Assembly: GCA_951406725.2 (NCBI GenBank)
Contig: OX597816.1
Location: 159,464,001-159,528,000, forward strand
From: Octopus vulgaris
Lineage: Eukaryota
Direction of reading: 5' to 3'
DNA: 64,000 nucleotides
Positions 14,701-28,656 of the stretch are shown in pieces; position 1 is the first letter of the stretch, and the number at the start of each line of letters is the position of its first letter. The position numbers were made by a program, and so were the translations under genes. A model generated the notes under the pieces. That model had not been told where the DNA came from, made no database searches, and saw nothing but the letters and a program-made list of their open reading frames with translations.

Positions 14701-15394
14701 GAATACCAAACACAGGAACAGGACTGGTTGCGGAAAACACAGCAGAAACTACAATAATAAAAAGTACAGCAGAAACAACAACAGCAGCAAAATGAAAAGC
14801 AACAGCAAAAAAAAAAAAAACCTCAGAAGGAAGTCCTAAAAGGAACACCAACTCAACAGAGTTACCCCTTCCCGAGTCTGACTCGGACATGTGCAAAAAA
14901 GAAAAAAACCGACAAAGAAGAGTGGAGAGCAGCCCCCCCCCAAAAAAAAAACCAAAAACGGACACAACCACAGCACCTCCCCACAACACAGACACACTCA
15001 CACAACCACAGCACCCACTTTACCAGCACCGCCAATACCACTGTCAGCACCGCACACAGAACAGAAACCACCATCAAAAAGCATATAAATCTTACTGCAA
15101 TATACATAAAGAATACACAACTAATGAAATACATACAAGAACGCCGACATTACCACAAGTCATTTTCTTTGTACACCACCCAAAAAACCACCACACACAA
15201 AGATCCTCAGCATTTCAAAAAACACGCCCATTGTTATCGTTTCTCTATGTGGGCAAATTTTCAGGAAACTAGGAAGTAAAATTCTATAAAATTCTAATCG
15301 TAGAAACACCCACAGCCAGCCAGAGGAATGAGAAAACCACTCCCCACCTCAGCCAAAAGAGTATTTTTTGCGGGGGTGGGGATAAACGTTACAA

Positions 15395-15648
15395 GAATAG
15401 CTCGAATGAATGGGTCTGACTTGAGCATAAATTTCTAATCAAAGACATAGGCTTTCGCCCGAGCGATCAGATTGTTTCGTGGTTTTTGGGATTTCTACGA
15501 CCAACTCAGGAAATCTCACCCTTTGGGGCGGGGGGTTACTGTTAATATTTTACTATTGTTATTTTGTTGTACACGCTTTCATGTATGACCCCACCCGTAT
15601 GTCCCGTATCGTCCCTCTATGTTGAGCCCTTAGTGGCTAATAAAAGAA
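15395..15648 (+). mobile_element. Probable 3' end/3' UTR of a Tx1/L1-like LINE
   Basis: A short ORF end (ARMNGSDLSINF*) is followed by a UTR ending gtccctctatgttgagcccttagtggctaataaaagaa with an AATAAA signal. It lies downstream of and on the same strand as the Tx1 RT. Confidence 0.5.
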
Positions 15649-16109
15649 TTTCTGAACTATACAACTATGCAGGGCCAGCTGGAGTTGCTAGCAACTCAGT
15701 TGCCCAACAGGTCATGTACTTCGAAGCGCTACGCCTCATGTTTGGGATCTTCGAAATTTAGTAAGAAAAATAAAATTCACGTTTAACGAATTGTAATCAA
15801 GACCATCCCGATATTTACTGGTTTTACTCGATGTTGAAATTTTTTTCAGAATTTATACTTTTAAGGACGCAAGAATTCAAGTTGTCCTGGGGCGCCAAGA
15901 ACCCTGGACTGGTCCTGTTGTCATGCTTGCGCCCAACAAAAGTTAATCGAGATTGGAGAAAACAAATACCCTGAAAACCACAAGAAAACCAATTGATTCT
16001 GGAGGCTAGGAACTGTACAGCGTGGTCCTCGGAAGTGAGCTGTGTAATCATACAGTTAGGAACATTCAACATATTTTCTATAAGAGTGAAGCACAACATA
16101 TAGCGACGA

Positions 16110-16930
16110 GGATGACATCCGAAAAACATTTAAACTTGAACAACTTGGAAGAAGCTAATGCCTGGCTTATATTATTCAAAGCAAAAACTGAATGCAACGA
16201 CGTTGAAGATGTCAAAAAGAAGCCAACATTTCTTTCTACCTGGGGAGTTGAAGTCATAATGAAGTTAAATGTTCTCTTCAATGTAAGTCTTCAGAACGCA
16301 ACATACCATCAAATAATGAATGCGTTGCAACAACTAATAAAGGAGATACTGTTAATTGCGGACAGATTAAAATTATTGGAACTAAAGCAACTAGAAGATG
16401 GGTCAATCAATGACTTTCTCCTTAAGATTAATTCTCAAGCTTCCTTCTGTCATTTGAATAGGTTGAAAGAAAATCCAGAAGAGGAAATCAATGAACTCAT
16501 TTCCATCGCGGGATTGTCGTCGGCAGAGATGAGTTAATAGTTTTGGAGCAGTTAAGGTGTCATTCTAAAATGAATTACACTGAAATAGCTGCTCTCGCAT
16601 CCACTATAGAATCGGAAACACTGTCGACAAACAAACTTCTAATGTCAACAAAAATGCAAGCAGTCGTGACGTTGTCGTGAAATATCGAAATTGTGTGCGT
16701 ACACACAAAGCTCGTGTGTGTCCAGACTATATGGAAAAAAAATTGCAATAAATGCGGCAAATTAGGACAACATAGATGTATCTCCAAGCTAGATAGGATC
16801 TGTCGACAGTTTGTTGCTAAACGTGAACAACAATGTGAGTGCAGATAACACAGGTTTTTGCAAATGTTTTATAAATAACAGAAGCATAGATAGGAAAGTG
16901 GATACCGGAGCAGTTTGTTCGATAGTCCTG
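16110..16930 (+). pseudogene. Decayed Ty3/gypsy gag plus protease remnant
   Basis: Gag-like NLEEANAWLILFKAK...LKQLEDGSINDFLLKINSQASFC, knuckle-like CNKCGKLGQH at ~16740, and protease KVDTGAVCSI at ~16895. Confidence 0.75.
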
Positions 16931-17119
16931 TTATCGTTTGCTTGTCCCGCTAGCGACTAATTTTAGTCTTGAATGATTGATTGCTGTGATTTTTGTTGAA
17001 GGCTTCTGCCAAGGTACGTTTATACTGAACTGTTAAAATTGTTAATTTGTTGTTTTTCCAAAGCACACAGCTTGTGCTGCAATCTCTTTTTTTGTTTTTG
17101 TTTCTTCCCCCGTTTGGGA

Positions 17120-18035
17120 TGGAAACAAATATGCCTAAAATAAGCGTCGAGGAAGGACGAGCGGGGAGCTACGCACCGGTAGCAGGAAAACAGAACATGA
17201 CGAAGACTGTACAACAGTTAGAAATAAAAGATATTACTATCCCTCACGATAAATTATGTGAATGCATGCAATTTTCAAAAAGGGAGGGGTTGAGAGTAAA
17301 ACTGACCCCTCCGGAGGATTTAATCGGAGATGTGAAAAGAACAGTATTTTTTAGGACTATATTTACCCGGAAAAAAAGATTGAAATGGCTCCAGAATAGG
17401 CCATTGAAAAATGTTTAGACTCAAAGACATCTACTACTACACCCGAGGTAGAAAATACGGTACAGTGGAGGTATGAATTGCCTCCGTAGAGGTGGTAGTT
17501 ATGCACTCCACTGTACCAGTAAGAACTGAGGAATGGCTGCTCCTGCCACCCTACCCGGAGAAAAGAGTCTAGGGTGAGGATTGACAGGATTCCCCCTGAA
17601 ATGAGAGAAGTATGGATTGCGGCTGCTGTACTCTCTAGAACAAAGGAGGACACATTAGCTGCGCAGGCAACCCGGACACAATTGAATTGGTGGAGTACGG
17701 CCTGGAATTAATTGTCCAGGCCACCCAAACGGATCTAAACAAGCTTCCAGAAATTGAGTTACCAGAAGACAAAAAATTAACATTGACAGTAGAAAGGATA
17801 CCTCCCACCTGCTATGGCTGCGGCCAGAAGGGGCACATCAAAAAGAAGTGCCCTCAAAATGAACAAAAACAAAAGAAAGCAGCTGTGATCCTGACCGAAC
17901 CCGAGAGCGAAGGTAGCAGAAGGGACTCAAGATGCGACAGAGATGGAACAAACAGACCAATAAGATGCTGAAGCGGACTACATACAAGTAACAAAAGATT
18001 TGTCCCAGCATACGCTGATAAAGTAGAACCACTCA
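17120..18035 (+). pseudogene. Decayed non-LTR (L1/Tx1-type) ORF1 with CCHC zinc knuckle
   Basis: RVRIDRIPPEMREVWIAAAV...LTLTVERIPPTCYGCGQKGHIKKKC (CX2CX4HX4C), broken by stops and frameshifts. Confidence 0.7.
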
Positions 18036-18054
18036 TCAGCTAGATCTAAAGAAT

Positions 18055-18220
18055 TTAAGTTGAGTAAAAAGCAAGATAAAGCCTTCCGTATGCTTATCAC
18101 TCATCTTTCGGAGACTCTAGTTTTGCAACCGTACTCACTGGAGATGAGCACTCTCACCGTAGATGCAGCCTTGATTGCAATATCTAGGGTGTTATCCCAG
18201 GAAGGACACCCAGTAGCAAC
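18055..18220 (+). pseudogene. Gypsy RT-connection/RNase H fragment
   Basis: SKKQDKAFRMLITHLSETLVLQPYSLEMSTLTVDAALIAISRVLSQEGHPVA resembles the 'AF..LK..L...PVL..Y...LxTDAS..IGAVLSQ.GHPVA' motif. Confidence 0.75.
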
Positions 18221-20459
18221 ATAACTAACAAACTGGCAACCCCACCCCAGACTAGAGCCATACCCAGCCAATTTATATACGACCGCACGATCTGCTACAA
18301 ATAATCACCAAATTGCCTTTAGTGTATTTTAAAAAAATTTGGATAATGTGATCAGAGATACACATCTCAAAAACAAGTTGGGATAGTCACGACTGGAATG
18401 CTTTTTAAATATAGAGCTAACCTGGGGCTAAACAAAAACATGGTAACTGATACCATATTCATTCGGCTAGCAGCGACTAATACCAATGGCCAAATAGGGA
18501 TGGGAAAAAGATTACTAAATATAAAAATACTGTTGGTGCAACAGCCGTGACTACCAGATTGTGTTTACAGATCACAATATGCAGCCAAACAGACTTTTGG
18601 CCCAATTTATATTTCTTACAGGCGCAATGATTGTTTAGGGATACATCTTAACTCTCAACAGAACCACTTCATTTTGAGAAGTGAATCTTCCCAGCTAACG
18701 AATAGATGTTACTATTTTAAGCGCATAATAAAAATAGCGATGAATATTTTTAGCTAAAGCTAAAAATGGCAACAATCAGGACGACAAAAAGAAATGCGCA
18801 ACCCTTTGAAATAATGTTTGGAAAAGATGGCGATTGCTAAAATAAAGAGAATCACAGCTGAAATGCTCTCGATTACAGACCCACTCGATCAAGGATGTTC
18901 TGGTGCTTAAACAATCCTAAGATTTAAAGTAGTTTTATAAATATTGGAGGCGGGGGGGGGGGAAGAAACTAAGAAAGATGGGTCGATTGAGGAATACCCA
19001 CCATGAGTGATTCGGCCCTTGCTTACATTCAAATAGGAAATCGTCCGCTGACGAAATCTAAGCAGCCCCATTTGGGAAAGAAAAACAGTCTTAAAACTAA
19101 AACAGTAACTAAATATTACATTCATGTATTTGCAAAATTAAAAATATTTCTCGGCATGGATGCATTTAGGCAAGTTAAACACTGGCACTTAGCCACTGTT
19201 GAAAGGTTCCACAATCCCTTCTCTGCAGGAGCGCTCATCACGAGCGACCAAAATGCCCCAAGAATCAAACCATAGAAAAAGGTGGGGGCTATATTGGATA
19301 ATGTAGTTATAGATGCACCAAGATTAAAAAGACGAGATGACCACGGTTGGAACATATTTAATCCTTGTTCACCTGGGCCATTGAGGAATGAATGAACGGG
19401 GGTTAAAGTAGTACAAGCTGACAATCTCTTGGTTACATAAAGACTAAGATTGTATCCCCCTCACATGCAAATGGCAAATCTTGGTTACTACAATTAACTA
19501 CTTTCAGATTCTATACAGCAATAAAATATTCAAAAGTGAATTGTTGTGCAATGTTTATTCAGAGTTGCTTGAGAAAAACCCATCCTAGATTGACACGGAA
19601 GGCAAACGGGTTGAAATTTCTGTTCGACAGGTTTGGCGGTTAATATCCTGTAAATGTGCTACCCTATGTGTTAGCTTTTAATGCACTGTAACCCAAAAAT
19701 TCAAGTAGCTTCAGGTGTGAAGACAACCTTCGTAAATGATATAAATAACCCTAACCACTTTTAGAATGCTCTTGAAGCTTTACAGCTTAGCCATTGACAA
19801 TTTAAACAGTTTGTTCATAAATGTCGATTTGAAAGCGAAGATACAAAAAAAAAAAAAAAAAAAAAAAAAAATTTACTGCGTTTAAATCAGAAATTTTTTA
19901 TTCAACAGTATAAACAACCGAACCAAAATTATACAACGAATGACCATCAATGAAAATATTTTTATTCAAAAGTTTACTGACAGAATTAATATTTAATACG
20001 ATATTCTAACATTTAGTCAAATTAAATTCAAAACTGCTTTTAGAAAGCTTAAACGCCAACATTTCCATCCTTAATTCTACTTTAGAAAAAAGTCAGGGCA
20101 GGAAGTTATTCTTCCCGTTTGATATATCAGCCGAATTTTTTTTTTTTTTTAGACTTCCTCTGTCTTTGCACAACAGAGTTAAGATAAACATAGAAATACT
20201 TAAGGTTCCTTCTAAACAATGCAACACTAAAAACAAGCCGGGTCTTTGACTAAGATAGATGTGAACAATATATTCCGCTCATTCATCACCTTAAATATGT
20301 AACAGCAAATAACGTAGCGGGTCTTGTGAAAGGTTCCTAAGAAAATTCTTTAAAAGTTTTCTTTGCAATAGATATAATTGAACACTATAATTTCCAATCC
20401 TTTTACACCAGAGGAAAAAAAAAAAATGGTCGGAAGCGTGGTCGTGAAAACTTGGACAG

Positions 20460-20742
20460 TTACGACAACAAGCGTTCCAGTTGACTTATCAATGGAACAG
20501 CCTGCTGGTGAAATTAACGTGCAAGTGGCTAAACACTCCAGACACACGTACCCATAGCGTAGGTCTCAGGAAGGTTCTTTGTGATTTGACAAAGCTGGCC
20601 CTTTAAAATTATAAGTACCTTTCATTTTCGCCACTTCAGTGCACTGAAGCAACGCGATATAAAGTGTCTTTTTCAAGGATACAATGCGCTGCCGTGCATC
20701 GAACTCGCGGTCTTACGATCGCGAGCCGAATACTCTAACCGC
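20460..20742 (-). mobile_element. tRNA-derived SINE (family D-related), diverged
   Basis: Minus-strand head ggcggttagagtattcggctcgcgatcgtaagaccgcgagttcgat; core ccttgaaaaagacactttatatcgcgttgc. Confidence 0.6.
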
Positions 20743-21842
20743 CAAACTACTATGTAGTCGTTAAAGAGTTAAGGTGCCACTACAAAGTCATCAAGAACCA
20801 AGAGATTTATTATACACAAGGATTAGACCAAGCCCGAATACACTGGATCGTTTAAACATTGAGCGTCGTCAATTTTTTTCTTAAATTACTTGAAAAGGAA
20901 AATTCAGATTTTTTAATACTCAAATGATATACTCAAAATTGAAAGATAAAAATAGATACGACTATCAAGAATGTGGGAAAACGGGTTGCATTAGAAACTA
21001 AGACAATTGGAATTATAAAAAAAATACGAAGAGAGAACAAATGTAACAAAATATTTTTATCATGTAAATTGTATAACATTTTTGAAGAATTTCTGGAGTT
21101 TAATCGAGATAACTGAAGATCTATAGAATTAGCAAACACCTCGCAAAATTCAAGGTTTTTGTTATTTCTTCAGAACAAAAAGCAAATTAACGAAGGCCAT
21201 TCATTCCCAAATATTAACACGACAGTAACAAGGTTAGGGCCAAGAAGCTATTAAAAAAAAAAAGAAAAAGAAAAACACTTTTCAGAAGACTCAAATTTAT
21301 GCTAAATTGTTTATCAGCGAATCTAAGAATCAAGATTCTGCAAGAGTAACCATTCCATAAGTGCAGAATTTTTTCCCGAAATTGCTAACGACGAAACTTG
21401 ACAGTTAAATACTGACACTCAAACACTGAAATTAGGAGGATTGCGTAAGGAGTAGATCTCAAATTCAAATTAATCTAAATTATTTTAGATATTCTACCTT
21501 GGTTCAATATGGTAAACTTGGCTGGTGACAATCTATTCAATTAGAATATGAACAAAATAACAGAACCGGGCAAGTGAGGTAGGAGCTTACGACAAACCGT
21601 TAGTTAATTAAGACAGACCTCTAAGATGGATTCCCTCTAACCATAGGATAATGTTTGTGTCAATAAGCACTTACCGAAATCTACAGTTATAATCAAAGAT
21701 CAAGTATTGTCATGGAAATAATCACATGCACAACTAGGAATGGTTTCAGGCTGATAAACAATTTCTTCAAATATTTAGTTTGGTTATGTTAGAACGTAAA
21801 TATGCTTTGTACAGAAAGCCGTTCAAATAAATTAATAGTAAA

Positions 21843-23840
<1,998 letters not shown>

Positions 23841-24185
23841 TCACATTAATCCCGTTTGTCTGTCATTGAATTCCGTCTGATTTTTAAATGTTTGTATCAA
23901 TTTATATTAAAGAAATCTATGTTGCTCACGTGTTTGAAACGTCATCCAATCTTTTCTAGCAACAGAAATAAATACATCAGTATTTCATCTTAAATTTGGT
24001 TGCAATTGAACGATTTCTTTGAAAATAAGCGGTTCAGGTTCAAATCCACCAAATTGTTCAAATGTGTATTTTTAATCCAATATTTTTTAGAAGTTAGTTG
24101 GACGGCCATAAGTTTTTAATAACCTTGTCGGGTGAATCGACTACAGTGCATGATGAGTAACCTATATTATCACTCTGCAAATATG

Positions 24186-24505
24186 GTTTCAAATTTTGGT
24201 ATAGAGTTAACAGCGTAAGTAAAGAATACACACACCACCCGTTTTCGGCATAACCCTAACCCTAAACGTAACCCTAACCCCTGAAAACGGGTAGAGTGCG
24301 TATTCATTACCTTCGCCGAATTAACAATATTTGAGGGGAGGGGAAGGTCGCTTATATCAACCGCTGTATTGGACTGGTACTTATTTTATCGACCTCGGAA
24401 GGATGAAAGGCCAAGTTAACCGCGGCGGAATCTGAACTCAGAACTTAAGGACGGACGAAATGCCGCTACGCATTTTGTCCGGTATGCTAATGGTTCTGCC
24501 AGCAA
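24186..24505 (-). mobile_element. SINE (family B variant) interrupted by a MITE
   Basis: Core gactggtacttattttatcgacc...ggatgaaaggc...gaactcagaac shared with many copies in the window. Confidence 0.65.
24211..24318. mobile_element. ~108-bp MITE with ~35-bp imperfect TIRs enclosing TAACCC repeats
   Basis: Left arm cagcgtaagtaaagaatacacacaccacccgttttc pairs with right arm gaaaacgggtagagtgcgtattcattaccttcgccg. The centre is taaccctaaccctaaacgtaaccctaaccc. Confidence 0.75.
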
Positions 24506-25634
24506 AACTCTTCATAGCTCCGCAAATATGAATCACAAAATTTGTTTCCTTTACAGTATTTGAACTCAGAATGGAATGTACTCAATTCGGATCCTGTTTA
24601 CAATTTTTTAAAATATTAATTCGATTTTCCCACTTGATGCAATCTTGTACAGCAAGAGTACAAACAGGGGTGACGAGGCGGTTTCAAATCCCAATAGAGC
24701 AATTTCCCTTTATTTACTCCGTTAATGACTTTGATTGAGGCATAAATGCCACATGCTCCACTTCCGCTCTCTTGATACAAAGAACTTTCGGACTTCTTTT
24801 CGTGGCTTGGTCAGAAGAAAGGAACTGTGCCTAGGGCGAACCTTCCAAGAGATGCATGCTATAGCTGATGTTCCTCTTGGAAGGTTGAAAATCAAAGACT
24901 GCAGAAAAAAACATAGAATGGTGGGGTGGTGGATTCTAAAGGAACAGGGTCTAAAGAAGAAGGGTTGGCGTGATGGGCCGTACAGAACCTACGAAAGGGG
25001 TGGACAAAATATGGATGCTGAGGAGTGGTTGTGATACAAATAAGTCGGGAGTAAAGGTGGCACGATCCCAGCCAGTTATGAGGAGCAAAAGCATCAGTAG
25101 TAGCGGTAGAAAAGGCAGGGAGATGAGACGGTACGTCTGTGAGGCGATGGTTAAAGTATGATTGAGAGCGATTTTATGCTAGTCAGTCGAACGGCAATTT
25201 TGTAGATGCGTTCTTGGATGTCTGCATCTCAGATAGCACTCCATTGTGTGTGTGTGGTGGGGGGGTGCATAAAAGGCACGTGGTTTAGTGGTTAAGATGT
25301 TGCGCTTACGATCACAAGACCGTGATTTCGATTCCCAGATCAGCGCTGCTTTGTGCTCTTGAGCAAAACTCTTCATTTCACGTTGCTCCAGTCCGCTCAA
25401 CTGTGAATGAGTAACCCTGCAACGGACCGACGTTCCGTTCAAGGGAGTTTGACCTGCCAGCGGGGGAATCATTCTAAATCAACAATACGGGGAAACGCAT
25501 TGTGACCAGCAGTGTATAATAACAACTGATACTCTAGTTAATACAATGATTGTTTTATAAGTAACGGCAAATTCTGTCCTAGTATGCGGTTGCCAGTACA
25601 TACATACATACATACATACATACATACATACATA

Positions 25635-25809
25635 CACTAGCGTAGCTAGGGCGGGGCGAGGGGGGGTGGCGGTCCACCCAGGGTGACACTTTTAAAGAGA
25701 CACCACTTTTGGCTCTGCTGTTGGCAATATGTGTTTTTTTTTTTGTGGGGTCCGGGAGCGGCAGACGGAAGGGCCGCTCTGGGAGGCACACACTCTAGCT
25801 ACTCTAGTG
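25635..25809. mobile_element. hAT-like MITE
   Basis: TIRs cactagcgtagctag / ctagctactctagtg with a GC-rich interior, embedded in (TACA)n. Confidence 0.65.
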
Positions 25810-25859
25810 TACATATATACAGACAGATAGGTAGAGAGGGAGAGAGAGAGTGTGTGTGC

Positions 25860-25941
<82 letters not shown>

Positions 25942-26344
25942 TGGAGAATGCTGAAGCAAGCATATCAAAAATATTCATGGACAGCTGACCTCCATGATGG
26001 TACATACTTTTTCTTGTCTGTCCCAAACAACAATACCTGACTTGTTATGTTTACACTTGACAGATGTCTTCAAGGGAATGTTCCACCAGTATTCCTTGTG
26101 TTGATGTTTGTTTATGTATTCAATAATGGGGTGGGGGCAGCTCTATATTTATTCCAGGGCAGTCTTTTTTTCCCCGATAGCAACGTAATTTGTTTTTGCG
26201 ACAACGTCATGCCGCAATAAAGCGGTGGTATCTCAGTGACTGCTAATCATATGTGTGATGTCTTCCACAGAAATATGATATAATCTTCATATAGGGTTCC
26301 ATCTTGGATGTCTAAGGGCGTCACTGTCTCTTGTTTATTAGGTA

Positions 26345-26742
26345 CTAGCAGTATCACCCGGCGTTGCTCGGGTTTGTAAGGGAAATAACTATATAAACAT
26401 TTTTAGAGAGTTATAGCCAAAAAATAGCAAAAAAATGCATTAAAAATGAAAAAAAATTATGGTAAATTTTTTTTTTAAATCGCTGACTCATCGTAGATAT
26501 TTTTAGAGAGTTACTTCCCTTATATAATAACGAAAAAATGTATTAAAATGGAAAAAAATGATGGTAAATTTTTTTTAAAATCGTAGATTCATCGTAGACG
26601 CGTGCTAATACCCAGAAGGGCTCGATATGAATCACGACTATAAGATACCCGGTTTTGGTTAAACTGCACCGCAAAATGTGGGAGTAGTTAGGAATCTAAA
26701 TCGTAGGAGACAGACACACAACTTCTCTTTTATATATAAAGA
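26345..26742 (-). mobile_element. Non-autonomous Helitron
   Basis: 5' TC terminus, 3' hairpin cccgagcaacgccggg then CTAG, A|T insertion site; near-identical to 30985-31385. Confidence 0.85.
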
Positions 26743-28077
26743 TTTAGTAGCAATCTCCTGTTCTGGGATTGCAAAGGCATAGTCTTTGAAGTGTGATGTG
26801 ATGTAGCGGTCACGAATACTAGAGAAGCTTCGCCTCATGTCCATATTACTGTCTCCTTCTTGTTTTCGGAAAACATATCTCATGTAGTCCTTTTTATTTT
26901 TTTATGCTGAGCCTTTCATATCCAGGTCTTCTTTGAGGTATCTACATACACACGCAGGCACACCCACGCGCGCGCGCACACGCACACACACACACACACA
27001 CAAATGGGGGGGGGGGGTTGACACTGGTGGTTTACTATTATAGGGGAGACAATCTCTTCTCGATTAAACTGAAGCGGATTTGAAAGTTGAGATTGTATAT
27101 GATAATGTAAAGAAGTTATTGAGCATATGCATTTAATTTCTTTTCTACACATTATAAAGCTTTTTAATTTTCGATTTTTTGATAGCCATGTATAGCGCTA
27201 CTTTATTATCCTTTTATATCATCAGCACGACATAATTTGAGAGTAATAAATGAAGCTAAATTCAACATTTTACACAGATATATATCTTATGAAGAGAAAA
27301 TAGTTTAAAAGACATACTTGGCTTTATTTTTTTCATTCTAAATTGTTAATTGTTCAGCAATAGAGAAAACAGAGAAAGATGAATTTCTTTATTGGCTATG
27401 TAGTATATTATTTCGTCCAAAGAAAAGGCTGTTTCCTGTTAAAAACAAATTATGTGTGTGAATGCTGAAAGCAACTTTTAGTGTAAGGGAGATAACTCTT
27501 ACACTACCATCAACTTTGGATTTGATGTGCATGTTGATGCGAGTTTCGTTGATTGTCGATTTTCAGATCTCTATATTATGCAACAGTTTCCATTTACGGT
27601 CGTGTCCCTTTATTTCACTTGCTCTTCTTAACTGTAACTTCTTTCATTCTGGAGATTTATGAGCTCTGCCACACCAATTTATCTTCCTTTTTGTTTGCGA
27701 ACTTTTTCCTTTCTCTGAAATAATAAGCTTATCGTATTCAGTGCTCAAGTCTTCTAAGCTAATTGGAAAAAGTTTAAAGAGGGAACAGACAACAGAAATA
27801 AGTCAGGTAAAGAAAAATTGCAATGATAGTCAAAGCTACATGAATAGTACGCAATAAAACATAAAAAGACAGGAAAATTAACAATAAAAGAGCGATAAGA
27901 AGAGAGAGGAGGAAAGATACATCAGTACGTTTGGAGTTGTGTTGGCGAATTTTGAGAAGCAGGGAAATTTTTGTAGGATGCAGTATCCTGACAGTTACAA
28001 GCCGCACGTAGTTCATACAATGATTCAATGATTCTAAGCATGAGTAATGGGTGCTGCGCTTTTTCCTTTCTCTCTTT

Positions 28078-28656
28078 TATCACCGGTCTGGAACCCCTAT
28101 CTTGCCCAGGATATCAATCGTCTGGAAGCTGTTCAGCGACGTGCAACCAAAAGAATACCCTCCATCAGGCATTTGCCATATCCTGAACGCCTTACTTCCC
28201 TGGGCATGGACACATTGAAACTCCGACGTCTGGTAGCTGACTTGGCAGACACCCATAAAATTATCAACCATCGTACAAACAATAATTCCGAGCACCTTTT
28301 CAAACTCCACCCATCTAACACCCGTGGACATATTTACAAAGTCAGAAAACAGCACAGCTCCCATGACTTCAGGAAACATTTTTTCAAGCTGAGAGTTGCT
28401 GAAGCATGGAACAAACTGCCGGCATCAGTTGTTAGTTGTCGGAGCACTGCATCCTTCAAAACTTCCATGCTTTCTGAGATTCACCAACACTACACCTGAT
28501 TTTCTCCCCTCCATACACACACAGACATGTATCTGACTCATACATTGTTCGCTTTCCAGACATTTTTACATACTGCATGTACTTTATATGCACTTTCTGA
28601 CAATTTGTGGTGCACCTGAGCACTGTATACAATAATTTCATTATTATTATTTATTA
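28078..28656 (+). mobile_element. CR1 LINE 3' fragment with (ATT)n tail
   Basis: SPVWNPYLAQDINRLEAVQRRATK...YPERL...RRLVADL...TRGH..K...RKHFF..RVAEAWNKLP with a stop at 28499. The 3' UTR ends gtggtgcacctgagcactgtatac then (ATT)n. Confidence 0.9.

Noticed and set aside
14700-15300. Lys/Thr/Pro-rich ORF 14889-15272
   Set aside because: A/C-rich low-complexity sequence; possibly a retroelement ORF1 relic but no diagnostic motif.
24590-25240. Possible I-clade LINE remnant on the minus strand
   Set aside because: Only a faint similarity (LNHTLTIASQTYR) and too decayed to support.
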